DNA of 64,000 nt from positions 687-64,686 of the forward strand of contig JBBUDU010000002.1 of NCBI GenBank assembly GCA_038057125.1, given 5' to 3'. The number at the start of each line of letters is the position of its first letter. Within the stretch, counting starts at the first letter, position 1. Below, piece by piece: positions 1-12,069 of the stretch. The notes beneath the pieces are model-generated. The model saw nothing but the letters and a program-made list of their open reading frames with translations, did not search any database and was not told where the DNA came from. A program made the position numbers and the translations under genes. The DNA is from Patescibacteria group bacterium (GTDB lineage Bacteria > Patescibacteriota > Minisyncoccia > Phycocordibacterales > UBA1550).

Positions 1-62
1 CCCGAATCGAACGGGCGTCTTCAGGTTATGAGCCTGATGAGATACCGCTTCTCTACCCCGCT
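1..62 (-). tRNA. tRNA-Met (anticodon CAT), 3' end truncated by window edge
   Basis: Reverse complement reads AGCGGGG-TA-GAGA...TCTC-A-TCAGG-CTCATAA-CCTGA...GCCCG-TTCGATT-CGGG: D-arm, anticodon arm with CAT at positions 34-36, T-loop TTCGATT. Acceptor 3' strand lies outside the window. CAT could also be an initiator or a lysidine-type Ile2 tRNA. Confidence 0.55.
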
Positions 63-162
63 ATTCTATAAGGTTCAATTGTACCATCTCTGTAGAATTT
101 TGCAATGGTTTAGTTCTTGAATTCCTACTTTACAGACTTTATGGACTTTTGACTTTGTGGAC

Positions 163-816
163 TCAAAGATACCCAAGCTCCTTGAAAGCATTTCCGAATT
201 TTGCGATAGTATCTCGCGCCATCTTTTTCGACAAGTCCATATCAATAGCTCCGCCGTGCGCAATCTGGTTGCGAATCTTGTGTGCTTCCCAAATATCATC
301 GTAGGAAGCTACCTTCGTACGACTCATCGTTTTCAGTTTATCGGCAAGTGTTTTACCAACATACCCTTGGTCTTCAAGTATCTCGTCGAGGATATTGTCG
401 GCCTCAAGAATCGCAAGTTTCCACTCTGCCGGACTTTCGGAATTTACATGATCAAGCACTACTTGCCACTGCACAAATTTTTCTTTTGCGGCAAATTCCT
501 CAAGACGGATTGGTTCGTATTTTTCATGTTCCTTATGATGAATTTCTCGTATTTTTAATGTCGCCCAAAAAGCAGCACCGAAAAACACAGCACCCAAAAC
601 TGCGAGTGGGCTCTGAATAGACAGAAAAAAGTTTTCAATCGCAGGTATAGGTACTTTGCTCAAAAGGAGCGCTTTCAAAGTTTCGGGTGCTTCCCCTGAA
701 GATACCGTCTCAACATTGAGAGGGGTAATGTTGGTGGACACATAAATAATAAGCGCAATCCCAAGAACGATTGCAACATCGCGAACTATTGTGTCTGCCA
801 CATGATCGTCTTCCAT
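163..816 (-). CDS. membrane-anchored HEPN-like (DUF4145-like) protein
   Basis: Two predicted N-terminal TM helices. C-terminal WEAHKIRNQIAHGG matches the R-x4-6-H HEPN motif typical of DUF4145/Abi-like proteins. Confidence 0.45.
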   Translation of the reverse strand: MEDDHVADTIVRDVAIVLGIALIIYVSTNITPLNVETVSSGEAPETLKALLLSKVPIPAIENFFLSIQSPLAVLGAVFFGAAFWATLKIREIHHKEHEKYEPIRLEEFAAKEKFVQWQVVLDHVNSESPAEWKLAILEADNILDEILEDQGYVGKTLADKLKTMSRTKVASYDDIWEAHKIRNQIAHGGAIDMDLSKKMARDTIAKFGNAFKELGYL

Positions 817-819
817 ATA

Positions 820-2253
820 TTAAATAGTAGCGTTTCCGCGCACTTTTTCAAAGTCCTTCCCCGCTGCAAAAAGGGCGTCTTCTCCAAAATGCGGCGCGAT
901 GAATTGAATACCGAGCGGAAGTTTCGCATCACCTTCTGACACAAAACCTGACGGCACTGAAATCGCCGGTACTCCCGCAATGTTCACCGGCACGGTAAAA
1001 ATGTCAGCGAGATACATTTGAAGAGGGTCACTCGACTTTTCACCGATCTTAAATGCTGGCGTTGGCGTGGTGGGTGTTGCAATAATATCCACATCCTCAA
1101 ACGCTTTTTCAAAATCCTTTTTAAGCATTTCTCGCACAGCACATGCGCGTCCATAGTACGCATCGTAGTAGCCCGACGAAAGCACATAAGTGCCGAGCAG
1201 GATGCGCCGACGAACCTCGCGACCAAAGCCCTCTCCGCGAGAACGCATGTAATCTTCAAGAAGATTTGCGCCATCTCTATGGTAGCCATAGCGCACACCA
1301 TCCATACGCGCCAGATTTGAAGACACTTCTGCTGGCATTAAAATGTAGTAAACGGAGAGTCCGTGCGCAAGTGACGGCAAGGAAATCTCACGCACCTCAT
1401 ATCCAGCTTTCTTCATTTGCTCAAGAGATTCTTCAAAATTTTTCAAAACGCGCGCATCAACACCTTTGGCGTGAACAAACTCTGTCGGCACGCCGATAAC
1501 CCTAGGCTTATTAAAGTTTTTTCTGGGGAAATCATCGGGGTACGAGGTACTATCCATTGGGTCGTGACCCTTTATGCAATCAAAAATAATTTCTGCATCT
1601 TCTACTGTTTTTGCGAAAGGACCAGCTTGGTCAAGAGAGCTTGCCATGGAAATCAAGCCAGAGCGTGACACCATACCGTAGGTGGGCTTGAGACCAACAA
1701 CTCCGCAGAAAGACGCGGGCTGGCGAATGGAGCCACCGGTATCGGTGCCGAGCGCGCCGAGTGCGGCACCAGAGGAAAGAGCTGCTGCCGAGCCACCAGA
1801 CGAACCTCCGGGAACTCGCGTTTTGTCGTGCGGATTTTTTGTCACGCCAAATGCAGAATTTTCCGTCGAACCGCCCATTGCGAATTCATCCATGTTTGTG
1901 CGTCCGATAAATATCGCCCCCGCTTCGCGAAGCTTTTTTGTCACCCCCGCGTCGTAGGTCGCGACATAGTTCTCAAGCATCTTTGATGACGCGCTCGCTA
2001 TTTTGCCTTTGATTAAAATATTGTCCTTCATCGCTAGCGGAATTCCCGTCATCAATGTCGCCGTCCCTTCATCAATCATTTTTTGCGCCACCTCCGCTTG
2101 CGCGCGCACATCGGAAAAGAGCTCGAGGTATGCATTTAGGTCGCTTGATTCCTTTGCCATTTTAGTAACCTCATTCGCAAGCTCAAGCACGCTCATTTTT
2201 TTATTAACGAGAAGTTCGTGCGCCTTCTTGATGGTGAGATTTTTGATATCCAT
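820..2253 (-). CDS. gatA: Asp-tRNA(Asn)/Glu-tRNA(Gln) amidotransferase subunit A
   Basis: Amidase signature GGSSGGSAAALSSG, 477 aa, adjacent to gatC. Confidence 0.93.
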   Translation of the reverse strand: MDIKNLTIKKAHELLVNKKMSVLELANEVTKMAKESSDLNAYLELFSDVRAQAEVAQKMIDEGTATLMTGIPLAMKDNILIKGKIASASSKMLENYVATYDAGVTKKLREAGAIFIGRTNMDEFAMGGSTENSAFGVTKNPHDKTRVPGGSSGGSAAALSSGAALGALGTDTGGSIRQPASFCGVVGLKPTYGMVSRSGLISMASSLDQAGPFAKTVEDAEIIFDCIKGHDPMDSTSYPDDFPRKNFNKPRVIGVPTEFVHAKGVDARVLKNFEESLEQMKKAGYEVREISLPSLAHGLSVYYILMPAEVSSNLARMDGVRYGYHRDGANLLEDYMRSRGEGFGREVRRRILLGTYVLSSGYYDAYYGRACAVREMLKKDFEKAFEDVDIIATPTTPTPAFKIGEKSSDPLQMYLADIFTVPVNIAGVPAISVPSGFVSEGDAKLPLGIQFIAPHFGEDALFAAGKDFEKVRGNATI

Positions 2254-2254
2254 A

Positions 2255-2539
2255 CTATAAAATTTTCTTTACTGAAATTCGGTTACCATCGCGAGCGGGC
2301 GCCTGCTTTAAAATATCCTCAGTAAAAATTCCCGATTCATGTGGATTCTCATCTTCACGCATGACGTTACGAAGCTCCCCCGCTGTTGGTACGAAAAGCT
2401 CCGCCGTAACATCCTTCACCTGCGACACATACGCCAAAATCTCCTCAAGGTCGTGCCGAAGGAGCTCTTTTTCACTGTCCGAAACCGCAATGCGTGCAAG
2501 CCCCAGAAGGTGTTCCACGTCTTTGAGTTCAATTGCCAT
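2255..2539 (-). CDS. gatC: Asp/Glu-tRNA amidotransferase subunit C
   Basis: 94 aa, typical GatC length and charge pattern, immediately upstream of gatA. Confidence 0.8.
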   Translation of the reverse strand: MAIELKDVEHLLGLARIAVSDSEKELLRHDLEEILAYVSQVKDVTAELFVPTAGELRNVMREDENPHESGIFTEDILKQAPARDGNRISVKKIL

Positions 2540-2556
2540 CTGTATTATCCTAACAC

Positions 2557-5028
<2,472 letters not shown>

Positions 5029-5044
<16 letters not shown>

Positions 5045-5565
5045 TTAAAAATATATTCAATGACAGTAATAGTTCCGCTGTTACCTCCTGTTCTCCATGA
5101 TACCGTCGAGGTAATTCTGCGTTCATCGCTTCCAAGACCAGCATTTTCAATTCTTACTATACGTGAAAATTGCGTAGCGGTAAAAGTAGCACTCTGTCTA
5201 TAGAGTCCGGTTGCTACATCTAGATAAACAGGCAGTCCTTCAGTTGTGCATAAGCCGGGACAAGGTCGACTATCCAATAGTGGTACAGGGGAACCAGACA
5301 CATCGACAACATAATACCCGGGAGTGAGGCCTGCCATCCACTGGGAACCGCTCAACATATTACTGTCTCTCGCTTGCCGTACTGCTTCTATACCCTCCTG
5401 CGCAAGATTAATTGCTATTATCTCATCTTTTGCATAATAAAGTTTGTGAAGCGCGTCACCGATAAGCGACATCGGACCGACGACAGCAATAAGCAAGATT
5501 GAAATAGCAACAAGCGTCTCAACAAGGGTGAAGCCTTTATTTTTTGAAAATTTACTAATTATCAT
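5029..5565 (-). CDS. type IV minor pilin / pseudopilin
   Basis: N-terminal KGFTLVETLVAISIL class III prepilin signal. Confidence 0.7.
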
Positions 5566-6127
5566 ATGCGCGTTGGGTTATTGTTGTCTGGATTTTGAGT
5601 GTGGTGCTCGCGGTTCCGGTACCTATAGAGCCATCGATTACAGCAACAACCCTTGGTTGTGCTGTGTCTGGAAATGGCGCACTTCCGGAAACGATAAATC
5701 TAAGTCCCGTGATATTAATCTCTGTGGAAGTCACTTGAACCAATGGACTGGCTCCAATCGTTCGCCAAATAGCGCCATTGATTAAGGTGTAGCTCGCCCG
5801 AAGTGCGTCTTGTCCTGTGAAAAACAAAGAATTACCACCGGCCGGGCAATCTAGAACACCCAATGTATCAATACTCCCGCAGTAATATGTTGACCCTGTC
5901 TTAATGCGACGCGATACATCCTCAAGCGCGATATTAAGATTGTCGGTGGCAATACGCACAGAGCGCGACTTACGGTCAGTATTCACGACAGAAAGGAAAG
6001 CGCTTGTTGTGATAAACATTATGATAGTAAAAAGGCCAAGTGATACTGTCATTTCAACAAGAGTGAAGCCTCGCGAATTTTTAGACATAGAATTGATCAT
6101 ATTATTGAAGAGAGATTTGCCCCGCAT
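5555..6127 (-). CDS. type IV minor pilin / pseudopilin
   Basis: N-terminal RGFTLVEMTVSLGLF prepilin signal. Confidence 0.7.
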   Translation of the reverse strand: MRGKSLFNNMINSMSKNSRGFTLVEMTVSLGLFTIIMFITTSAFLSVVNTDRKSRSVRIATDNLNIALEDVSRRIKTGSTYYCGSIDTLGVLDCPAGGNSLFFTGQDALRASYTLINGAIWRTIGASPLVQVTSTEINITGLRFIVSGSAPFPDTAQPRVVAVIDGSIGTGTASTTLKIQTTITQRAYDN

Positions 6128-6668
6128 TAGTAATATTCACGATTGCAGTCTTTCCTGTGTTCGCGTCTTGGAGTGTCACTGACAATGCGCTATAAGAGCC
6201 GGCGCTGTTCACAATAAAAGCATCCGGGCTTGGGCGCTTAAACGTAACATTTGCAGTACTCGGGACACAAGCGAAAGTACCACATAAAAGCCCTGTTATA
6301 GAAATTGAATTCCCCCAACTAACCGTCTCCACAATAGAGTCACCTGATGATGTGTATACTTGATTGTTATCAGCATCTGCAAAAATAATAATACTATTTG
6401 CGCCCTGTGAAAAATAAACACCATAAGAACAATCAAACTCCGAGAGTCCGCCACAGATTCCAGTTACATTCTTTTTCACGCCAACGCCATACACTTGCGC
6501 CTGACGAAGCGCGAGAACAATATCCTCAGAGGCATTTGAAAAAAGTGCGTTTGTATTGTAACCACGATAGTTTGCTAGCACTATTCCTGTCATGATAGTA
6601 AAAATGCCGATGGAAACGAGGAGCTCAATAAGAGTAAATCCCCGAAATTTTGATGTGCGCTTATTCAT
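6102..6668 (-). CDS. type IV minor pilin / pseudopilin
   Basis: N-terminal RGFTLIELLVSIGIF prepilin signal. Confidence 0.7.
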   Translation of the reverse strand: MNKRTSKFRGFTLIELLVSIGIFTIMTGIVLANYRGYNTNALFSNASEDIVLALRQAQVYGVGVKKNVTGICGGLSEFDCSYGVYFSQGANSIIIFADADNNQVYTSSGDSIVETVSWGNSISITGLLCGTFACVPSTANVTFKRPSPDAFIVNSAGSYSALSVTLQDANTGKTAIVNITNAGQISLQ

Positions 6669-7471
6669 ATAAAGGTAAGGAAATTGACTGACCCGTCAAA
6701 AAAGTTCACTCTCGTAAAGTATACAACAAAAACTGCAAGAATAAGGAACGGACCAAACGGTATTTCGCTTTTCATAGAAAGTCCACTTTTCGTGCGGTAA
6801 AAAACTTTTTGCATACCCATAACAAAGAGCGCCCATGCCGCCCCTATCCAAAACGCGAGCACTATCGCAGAACCTCCAAGGGTTGCACCGAGGAACCACC
6901 CGATACCGAGCGCGAGTTTGCCGTCACCAAGACCGAGCCATTGTCCGCGCGATATAAACCACAACGCCCAAAAAGGAATAAAGAGCATCGGCCCTGCAAT
7001 AAGCGTCCAAACATCAGGAAAATAAAATGCGCTGGCAATATCAACAGCGAGGAAAAAATTGGCGAGTCCAAGCAGTGCAAAAAGTGTCGCAAGTCCGTCG
7101 GGAATAATCTGATGTCGTAAATCGTAAACTGCAATGACAAGAAGTGTCGAAAAAATAGAGAGTAAGAGTATCGTCTCGTATATTGGCATCCCGAGCAAAA
7201 ATACGGCAACAAACATTACCCCCGAAATCGTTTCGACAATGGGATACTGCCATGACAACCGCACCTTGCATCCTCGACACCGCCCGCGTGAAATAGCAAA
7301 GCTCAAAACAGGAATAAGCTCTCGCCATGACAGTGTTTTGCCGCATGAAAAACACTGTGAACGACCCGTGAGTGGCGATGTACCGCTATTGTAGCGGTAT
7401 ATGACGACATTGAGAAAGCTCCCAATAATCGTGCCGAAAACAAAAACGATGCCAATAGTCAAAAAATCCAT
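6665..7471 (-). CDS. pilD: prepilin peptidase (A24 family)
   Basis: Polytopic membrane protein with N-terminal CxxC...CxxC zinc-binding segment (QCFSCGKT...RCRGCKV), 268 aa, between pilin and pseudopilin genes. Confidence 0.85.
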   Translation of the reverse strand: MDFLTIGIVFVFGTIIGSFLNVVIYRYNSGTSPLTGRSQCFSCGKTLSWRELIPVLSFAISRGRCRGCKVRLSWQYPIVETISGVMFVAVFLLGMPIYETILLLSIFSTLLVIAVYDLRHQIIPDGLATLFALLGLANFFLAVDIASAFYFPDVWTLIAGPMLFIPFWALWFISRGQWLGLGDGKLALGIGWFLGATLGGSAIVLAFWIGAAWALFVMGMQKVFYRTKSGLSMKSEIPFGPFLILAVFVVYFTRVNFFDGSVNFLTFI

Positions 7472-7562
7472 GTATCCATTTTACCACAAAATAAAAAATC
7501 TGCCCCGACCGTCCTAGTACGGTCGGGGCAGATTTTTTATTTTGACTGAAGAAACAAGAAGA

Positions 7563-8051
7563 TTATGGGCAAACTGTTTGACCAAATGGGAGGGCTCCAG
7601 TAATCTGTCTGCCATTATTCATACTATCGACACACCAAGAGAGAGTATTGTTGGTTTTTAGCGGCACTGAAACTGCCCATGCATCGCGTAAGGCAGTCAT
7701 AGTGCAAGTAGCGCTCCATGTCACACCACTAGAGATATTTGAGGCGGAAGAAATAGCCGGGTAAATACTCATTGCCACAGATGGATCAAATACAGTATTC
7801 GCTGTCGAGCAATCCACAGCAGAAGGTGAAGCGCCGGCAACGGCTGCTCCTGCAGTGCCATAACTTTCATTTGTATCGTAATAATTCTGCGCTTGCGTGC
7901 GGAAATTTCCAAGAGTCGCCTTTATAGCCGTATCAACCCCTTTTGCGCGCGCTGCATTGAGCGATGCCAAAACAACCGCTGCGAGGATACCGATGATTGC
8001 GATAACAACCAAGAGTTCGATAAGTGTAAACCCCGACACCAACTTTGGCAT
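7563..8051 (-). CDS. type IV major pilin (paralog 2)
   Basis: Start re-set to ATG at 8051 (MPKLVSGFTLIELLVVIAIIGILAA). N-terminal 50 aa nearly identical to the upstream pilin. Confidence 0.8.
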   Translation of the reverse strand: MPKLVSGFTLIELLVVIAIIGILAAVVLASLNAARAKGVDTAIKATLGNFRTQAQNYYDTNESYGTAGAAVAGASPSAVDCSTANTVFDPSVAMSIYPAISSASNISSGVTWSATCTMTALRDAWAVSVPLKTNNTLSWCVDSMNNGRQITGALPFGQTVCP

Positions 8052-8223
8052 TGTTTTTACCGCGCGCGCAGATTGTACATCATGTTTACCTACATTATGA
8101 AACATAATTCTTAGTAATGCGTTTTTTAAAAAAACTCGCAGTAATGCCAAAGTTGGTGTGTGGGTAAACCCTTTTTTGTTCATAAATATTCTTAGTATCA
8201 ATTATATCAAGAATTACAATACT

Positions 8224-8282
8224 AGTAAAGTAAATAATACCCAGCCTGTCATCATGACAGGCTGGGTATTATTTACTTTACT
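8224..8282 (-). terminator. long perfect hairpin between the two pilin genes
   Basis: agtaaagtaaataatacccagcctgtcat / atgacaggctgggtattatttactttact inverted repeat with a ~28 bp stem. Confidence 0.6.
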
Positions 8283-8314
8283 AATTTCTTAGTATCTTAC
8301 GCAACGCAGATAGA

Positions 8315-8782
8315 TTAAGAAGCGCAAGTAATAGATGTTCCAGCAGAAAGCATTACGGTTGTAGATGTTGCGGTGCCTTTATTGTCTACGCAATACACCC
8401 GCGTCAAGTCTGTCTTAAGTGGAACTTGAGCTGCCCATCCAAGAGCAGTATCGTTACAAGTTGCAGTTGTTAGTGATCCTGCTGCGTTCACAGATACAGT
8501 GCTGATACCACCATATGCTCTTGCAGCAGCGAGTACCATACCATTAATACCTTTAACCGCAAGCGCATCAGAAGCTACGGCGCAAGCAGTTAAGTAGGAA
8601 TTGCCATTTGAGTCATAGAAAAGCTCTGCCTGTGCGCGTGTGTTTGCAAGCCCAGCCTTTATAGCCGCGTCTGCGCCCTTTGCGCGTGCTGTGTTGAGCG
8701 ATGCGAGGACAACCGATGCGAGGATACCGATGATTGCGATAACAACCAAGAGTTCGATAAGTGTAAAACCTTTTTGTTTCAT
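8315..8782 (-). CDS. type IV major pilin (paralog 1)
   Basis: MKQKGFTLIELLVVIAIIGILASV prepilin leader plus hydrophobic alpha1 helix, 155 aa. Confidence 0.85.
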   Translation of the reverse strand: MKQKGFTLIELLVVIAIIGILASVVLASLNTARAKGADAAIKAGLANTRAQAELFYDSNGNSYLTACAVASDALAVKGINGMVLAAARAYGGISTVSVNAAGSLTTATCNDTALGWAAQVPLKTDLTRVYCVDNKGTATSTTVMLSAGTSITCAS

Positions 8783-9212
8783 AATATTTTTAAACGAGTA
8801 ATTAACTTAATAAAAACGATGCTAAACAAATTTTTGTGAGAGAGCGGCATGGCTCGCCTGCCATCGTTTCCAATGTGTACAAACGGTAAATTACAGAAAT
8901 GGCACACCGCACCAAGTCACCCTATTTCAATTTATTATTAAATCGACTCAGGCATTGGCGGGCAGGCCATATCGCCGCCCTATCCCTAACACCCCCTTAT
9001 TGTACCATCTATGTTATTTCTAATGCAATGGGGATGTGGATAAATGCCACTCGGTGAATTCCTTTTGAGGGTACGGATTTCTTGAAGCTTAAAGAGTCGC
9101 GCTTCAAAGGACACTGCGCGACGTGATTCTGCAGAATCAGAAATGCTCGTGTCGCCACACTCGCAACCCCCTCAAAAGGAATCACGCTCGTTCTGAGGAA
9201 AAATACGGAAGC

Positions 9213-9240
9213 GGATGGGTTGCCAAAGGCAACCCATCCT
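9213..9240. terminator. hairpin terminator downstream of pilC
   Basis: ggatgggttgcc aaa ggcaacccatcc, flanked by T-rich tracts on both strands. Confidence 0.5.
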
Positions 9241-9281
9241 TTCTTCCTCCAATTCAATATTCCATATTCGATATTCTACCC

Positions 9282-10478
9282 CTATACATTCCCCGCAATC
9301 TGATAAATAGGTATAAGTACTGATGCAAGCACGCCACCCACGCCAATACCAAGCGCGACAATCATTGCCGGTTCTATCATAGAGATCACTGTGTTGATTG
9401 CATTTGTAACTTCGCGCTGGTAAAAAATTGAAAGTTTTTGCAATATGTTCCCTAGTTCCCCCGTCTCTTCGCCAACTTTTACCATTTGAATCATTACATT
9501 GGGAATCTCTCTGTGTCCCTCTAGCGTCTTCGAAAGCGGTGAGCCGCCCTTCACCTTCTCCACTGCGTCCGTAAGGATGCTTTGAAAAATTTCATTGTCT
9601 ACCACCTTTGCGGTAATTTCCAAAGAACGCACCATCGAGATGCCATTGCTCAACATCACAAACATATTGTCCGAGATGCGCGAAAGATAGAGTGTGCGAT
9701 AAAGATTGCCAATAACGGGGAACCACAACTTCGCGTGCGCGAGAAAACTCGTACCGCGCGCGTAACGCCACACAAAGAAAATTGCTGCCACAAAAATCAT
9801 CGCGACGAACACACCGTAATTTACGAGCAGAAAACTCGTTTTTATTACAATTGTCGTATAAAACGGCACCTCTTGCCCACTCTGAAGAATGATCTCGGAT
9901 AATTTCGGAATGACAAGCGTGAGCATAAGTATCATCACAATAACGAACGTAGAGATAACGAAAGCGGGATAAATGAGCGCACCACGCACTTTTGATATGA
10001 GCTCGTACGAGCGCTCTAGGTAGTCTGCAAGAGCGCCAAATGTCTCGGAAAGCTTGCCAGACTCTTCCCCTCCGAGAACCATATTGACATAGAAATCAGA
10101 AAAAAGTCTCGGGTGCTTAAAGAGTGCTCCGGAGATTGGAACGCCGTTTTGAATATCATCGGCTATCTCTGTAAACTTTTTCGCAATTATCGGATTATCG
10201 GACTCTGTCGCTATAATGCGAAATGTCTTGAGCGCGGGAACATGGGCGTCGAGCAACGTTGCAATCTGTCTAGATATAATAGATATTTCTTTTACGGAAA
10301 CACGGTTGAAAATATCAATGTCGAGCTCAAAGAAGTTTTTTTTATCTGCGGACCGCACCGAAACAACCACAAGTCCACTCCGCTGGAGCGAGTTAATGGC
10401 AGAATCCTGATTTTGGGCCTCAATGTTGCCTGAGGTTTCCCTTCCATCTTTTGAAACCGCTTTGTATGTAAAGAGCAT
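9282..10478 (-). CDS. pilC: type IV pilus assembly inner-membrane platform protein (GspF/PilC family)
   Basis: 398 aa, duplicated GspF-like domains with TM segments, located between pilT and the pilin genes. Confidence 0.88.
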   Translation of the reverse strand: MLFTYKAVSKDGRETSGNIEAQNQDSAINSLQRSGLVVVSVRSADKKNFFELDIDIFNRVSVKEISIISRQIATLLDAHVPALKTFRIIATESDNPIIAKKFTEIADDIQNGVPISGALFKHPRLFSDFYVNMVLGGEESGKLSETFGALADYLERSYELISKVRGALIYPAFVISTFVIVMILMLTLVIPKLSEIILQSGQEVPFYTTIVIKTSFLLVNYGVFVAMIFVAAIFFVWRYARGTSFLAHAKLWFPVIGNLYRTLYLSRISDNMFVMLSNGISMVRSLEITAKVVDNEIFQSILTDAVEKVKGGSPLSKTLEGHREIPNVMIQMVKVGEETGELGNILQKLSIFYQREVTNAINTVISMIEPAMIVALGIGVGGVLASVLIPIYQIAGNV

Positions 10479-10506
10479 TGTGGTGTTTGTACTGAAACAG
10501 TATTAT

Positions 10507-11583
10507 TTATGACTGAAGCATTCGCTCGAGACCTTTTGGATTGGCTGAATACAGGAGTGCGTTTTCTGGGGTCACCTCGCCTTTGAGCACGAGCTCTGAA
10601 AGGCTTCTGTTCATGTCAATCATGCCGTCTTTCATCCCTGTCTCAATAACGATATCGACCTCGTGCGTGCGACCCTCGCGAATAAGACTCGATACGGCGG
10701 TGTTATTTATGAGAAGCTCGTATGCAGGAACAAGGCCTCCGGAAATGCGTGGAATGAGTCGCTGTGAAAAAATGCCGATCAAGCTTCCCGCAAGCTGAAC
10801 ACGAATCTGCGACTGCTGATCCCCGGGAAACGAATCGATGATACGGTCAATCGTCTGCGAAGCGTTGTTCGTGTGCAGTGTAGAGAGAACAAGGTGTCCT
10901 GTTTCCGCGGCTGTTACAGCCGTAGAGATTGTTTCCGAATCGCGCATTTCCCCAATCATAATAACATCGACATCCTGACGAAACACCGACTGAAGTCCGG
11001 ATTTAAAATCATTTGTATCAATACCAACCTCACGCTGGTCGATAATCGCTTTTTGAGAACGGAATAAATATTCTATAGGATCCTCAATGGTGACAATGTG
11101 CTCTGCGCGGTCGCGATTAATGAGCTCAATCATCGACGCAAGAGTTGTCGATTTACCCTGCCCCACGGGACCAACAATAAGGAAAAACCCTTGCTTCTTT
11201 CTGGTAAAAATTTCAAGTATCGGAGGTAAATTTAGCTCCTTGATAGTCTTGACCTGTGTTGGGATTGCTCGGAGCGCCACGCCGACTGCATTTTTCTGAT
11301 AGAAAGCGCTTCCGCGGAAACGTCCTTTGCCAAAAAATTCATACGAGAAATCGAGTTCTCTCTTTGCAAGAAATCGTTCTTTAAATTCGGGTGTAACAAT
11401 TACAGAAAGCATCCCCATTGTGTCCTCGGCAGTCAAGACGGTGAGGTTCATAAGTGGAGTTAGGTTGCCGGAAATACGGAAAGTGGGATAGTGCCCAGCC
11501 GACAAGTGGATATCGGACGCGCCGTCAGAAAGAGCGCGCATTATTAAAATCTCAACCTCTTCTTTGTAATTGCGACTGGACAT
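10507..11583 (-). CDS. pilT: twitching motility retraction ATPase
   Basis: 358 aa, Walker A GPVGQGKSTT, PilT-like AIRNLIRE-type region (SLIREGRTHE). Confidence 0.88.
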   Translation of the reverse strand: MSSRNYKEEVEILIMRALSDGASDIHLSAGHYPTFRISGNLTPLMNLTVLTAEDTMGMLSVIVTPEFKERFLAKRELDFSYEFFGKGRFRGSAFYQKNAVGVALRAIPTQVKTIKELNLPPILEIFTRKKQGFFLIVGPVGQGKSTTLASMIELINRDRAEHIVTIEDPIEYLFRSQKAIIDQREVGIDTNDFKSGLQSVFRQDVDVIMIGEMRDSETISTAVTAAETGHLVLSTLHTNNASQTIDRIIDSFPGDQQSQIRVQLAGSLIGIFSQRLIPRISGGLVPAYELLINNTAVSSLIREGRTHEVDIVIETGMKDGMIDMNRSLSELVLKGEVTPENALLYSANPKGLERMLQS

Positions 11584-11597
11584 TGTTTAATTGTTTA

Positions 11598-12011
11598 TTA
11601 ATCTTCTCTGGCAAGTGGTTCTCCTTCAGCTAAAATAGTAATCACCTTTTCAACAACTTCGGATGGGTTTGCGGAAGCTTTTACCACGTACCCGTTTACG
11701 CCAAGCGCGCGCTCTTTTTCAGCAAGAGCCGGTTGTCCCAAATTCGAAAGCACGATAGCCTTTGCATTTGGCGCAAGCTTCTCGTTTTTTATAAGCGCAA
11801 AGAGTTCAAAACCGTCCATCGTGGGCGCCACGACATCGAGAAGCATGACATCGGGAATAATTCCTCCTTTCAATTTTCTGAGAGCATCGATACTTCCAAA
11901 CGCCTGAGTCACCTCAAACCCTTTCTCTTTGAACTTGAGCGTGTACATTTCAAGAAGAAGTTTATCGTCATCGACAATAAAAATCTTTTTAGCTGTCTGG
12001 TTTGCCTCCAT
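11598..12011 (-). CDS. single-domain response regulator (CheY-like receiver)
   Basis: IFIVDDD...MLLDVVAPTMDG...KASANP receiver motifs, 137 aa. Confidence 0.8.
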   Translation of the reverse strand: MEANQTAKKIFIVDDDKLLLEMYTLKFKEKGFEVTQAFGSIDALRKLKGGIIPDVMLLDVVAPTMDGFELFALIKNEKLAPNAKAIVLSNLGQPALAEKERALGVNGYVVKASANPSEVVEKVITILAEGEPLARED

Positions 12012-12069
12012 AACAATTCTATCATATCACAACGAAGTTCGTAAAGTCTATTATAGACGTTGTAAAGCC

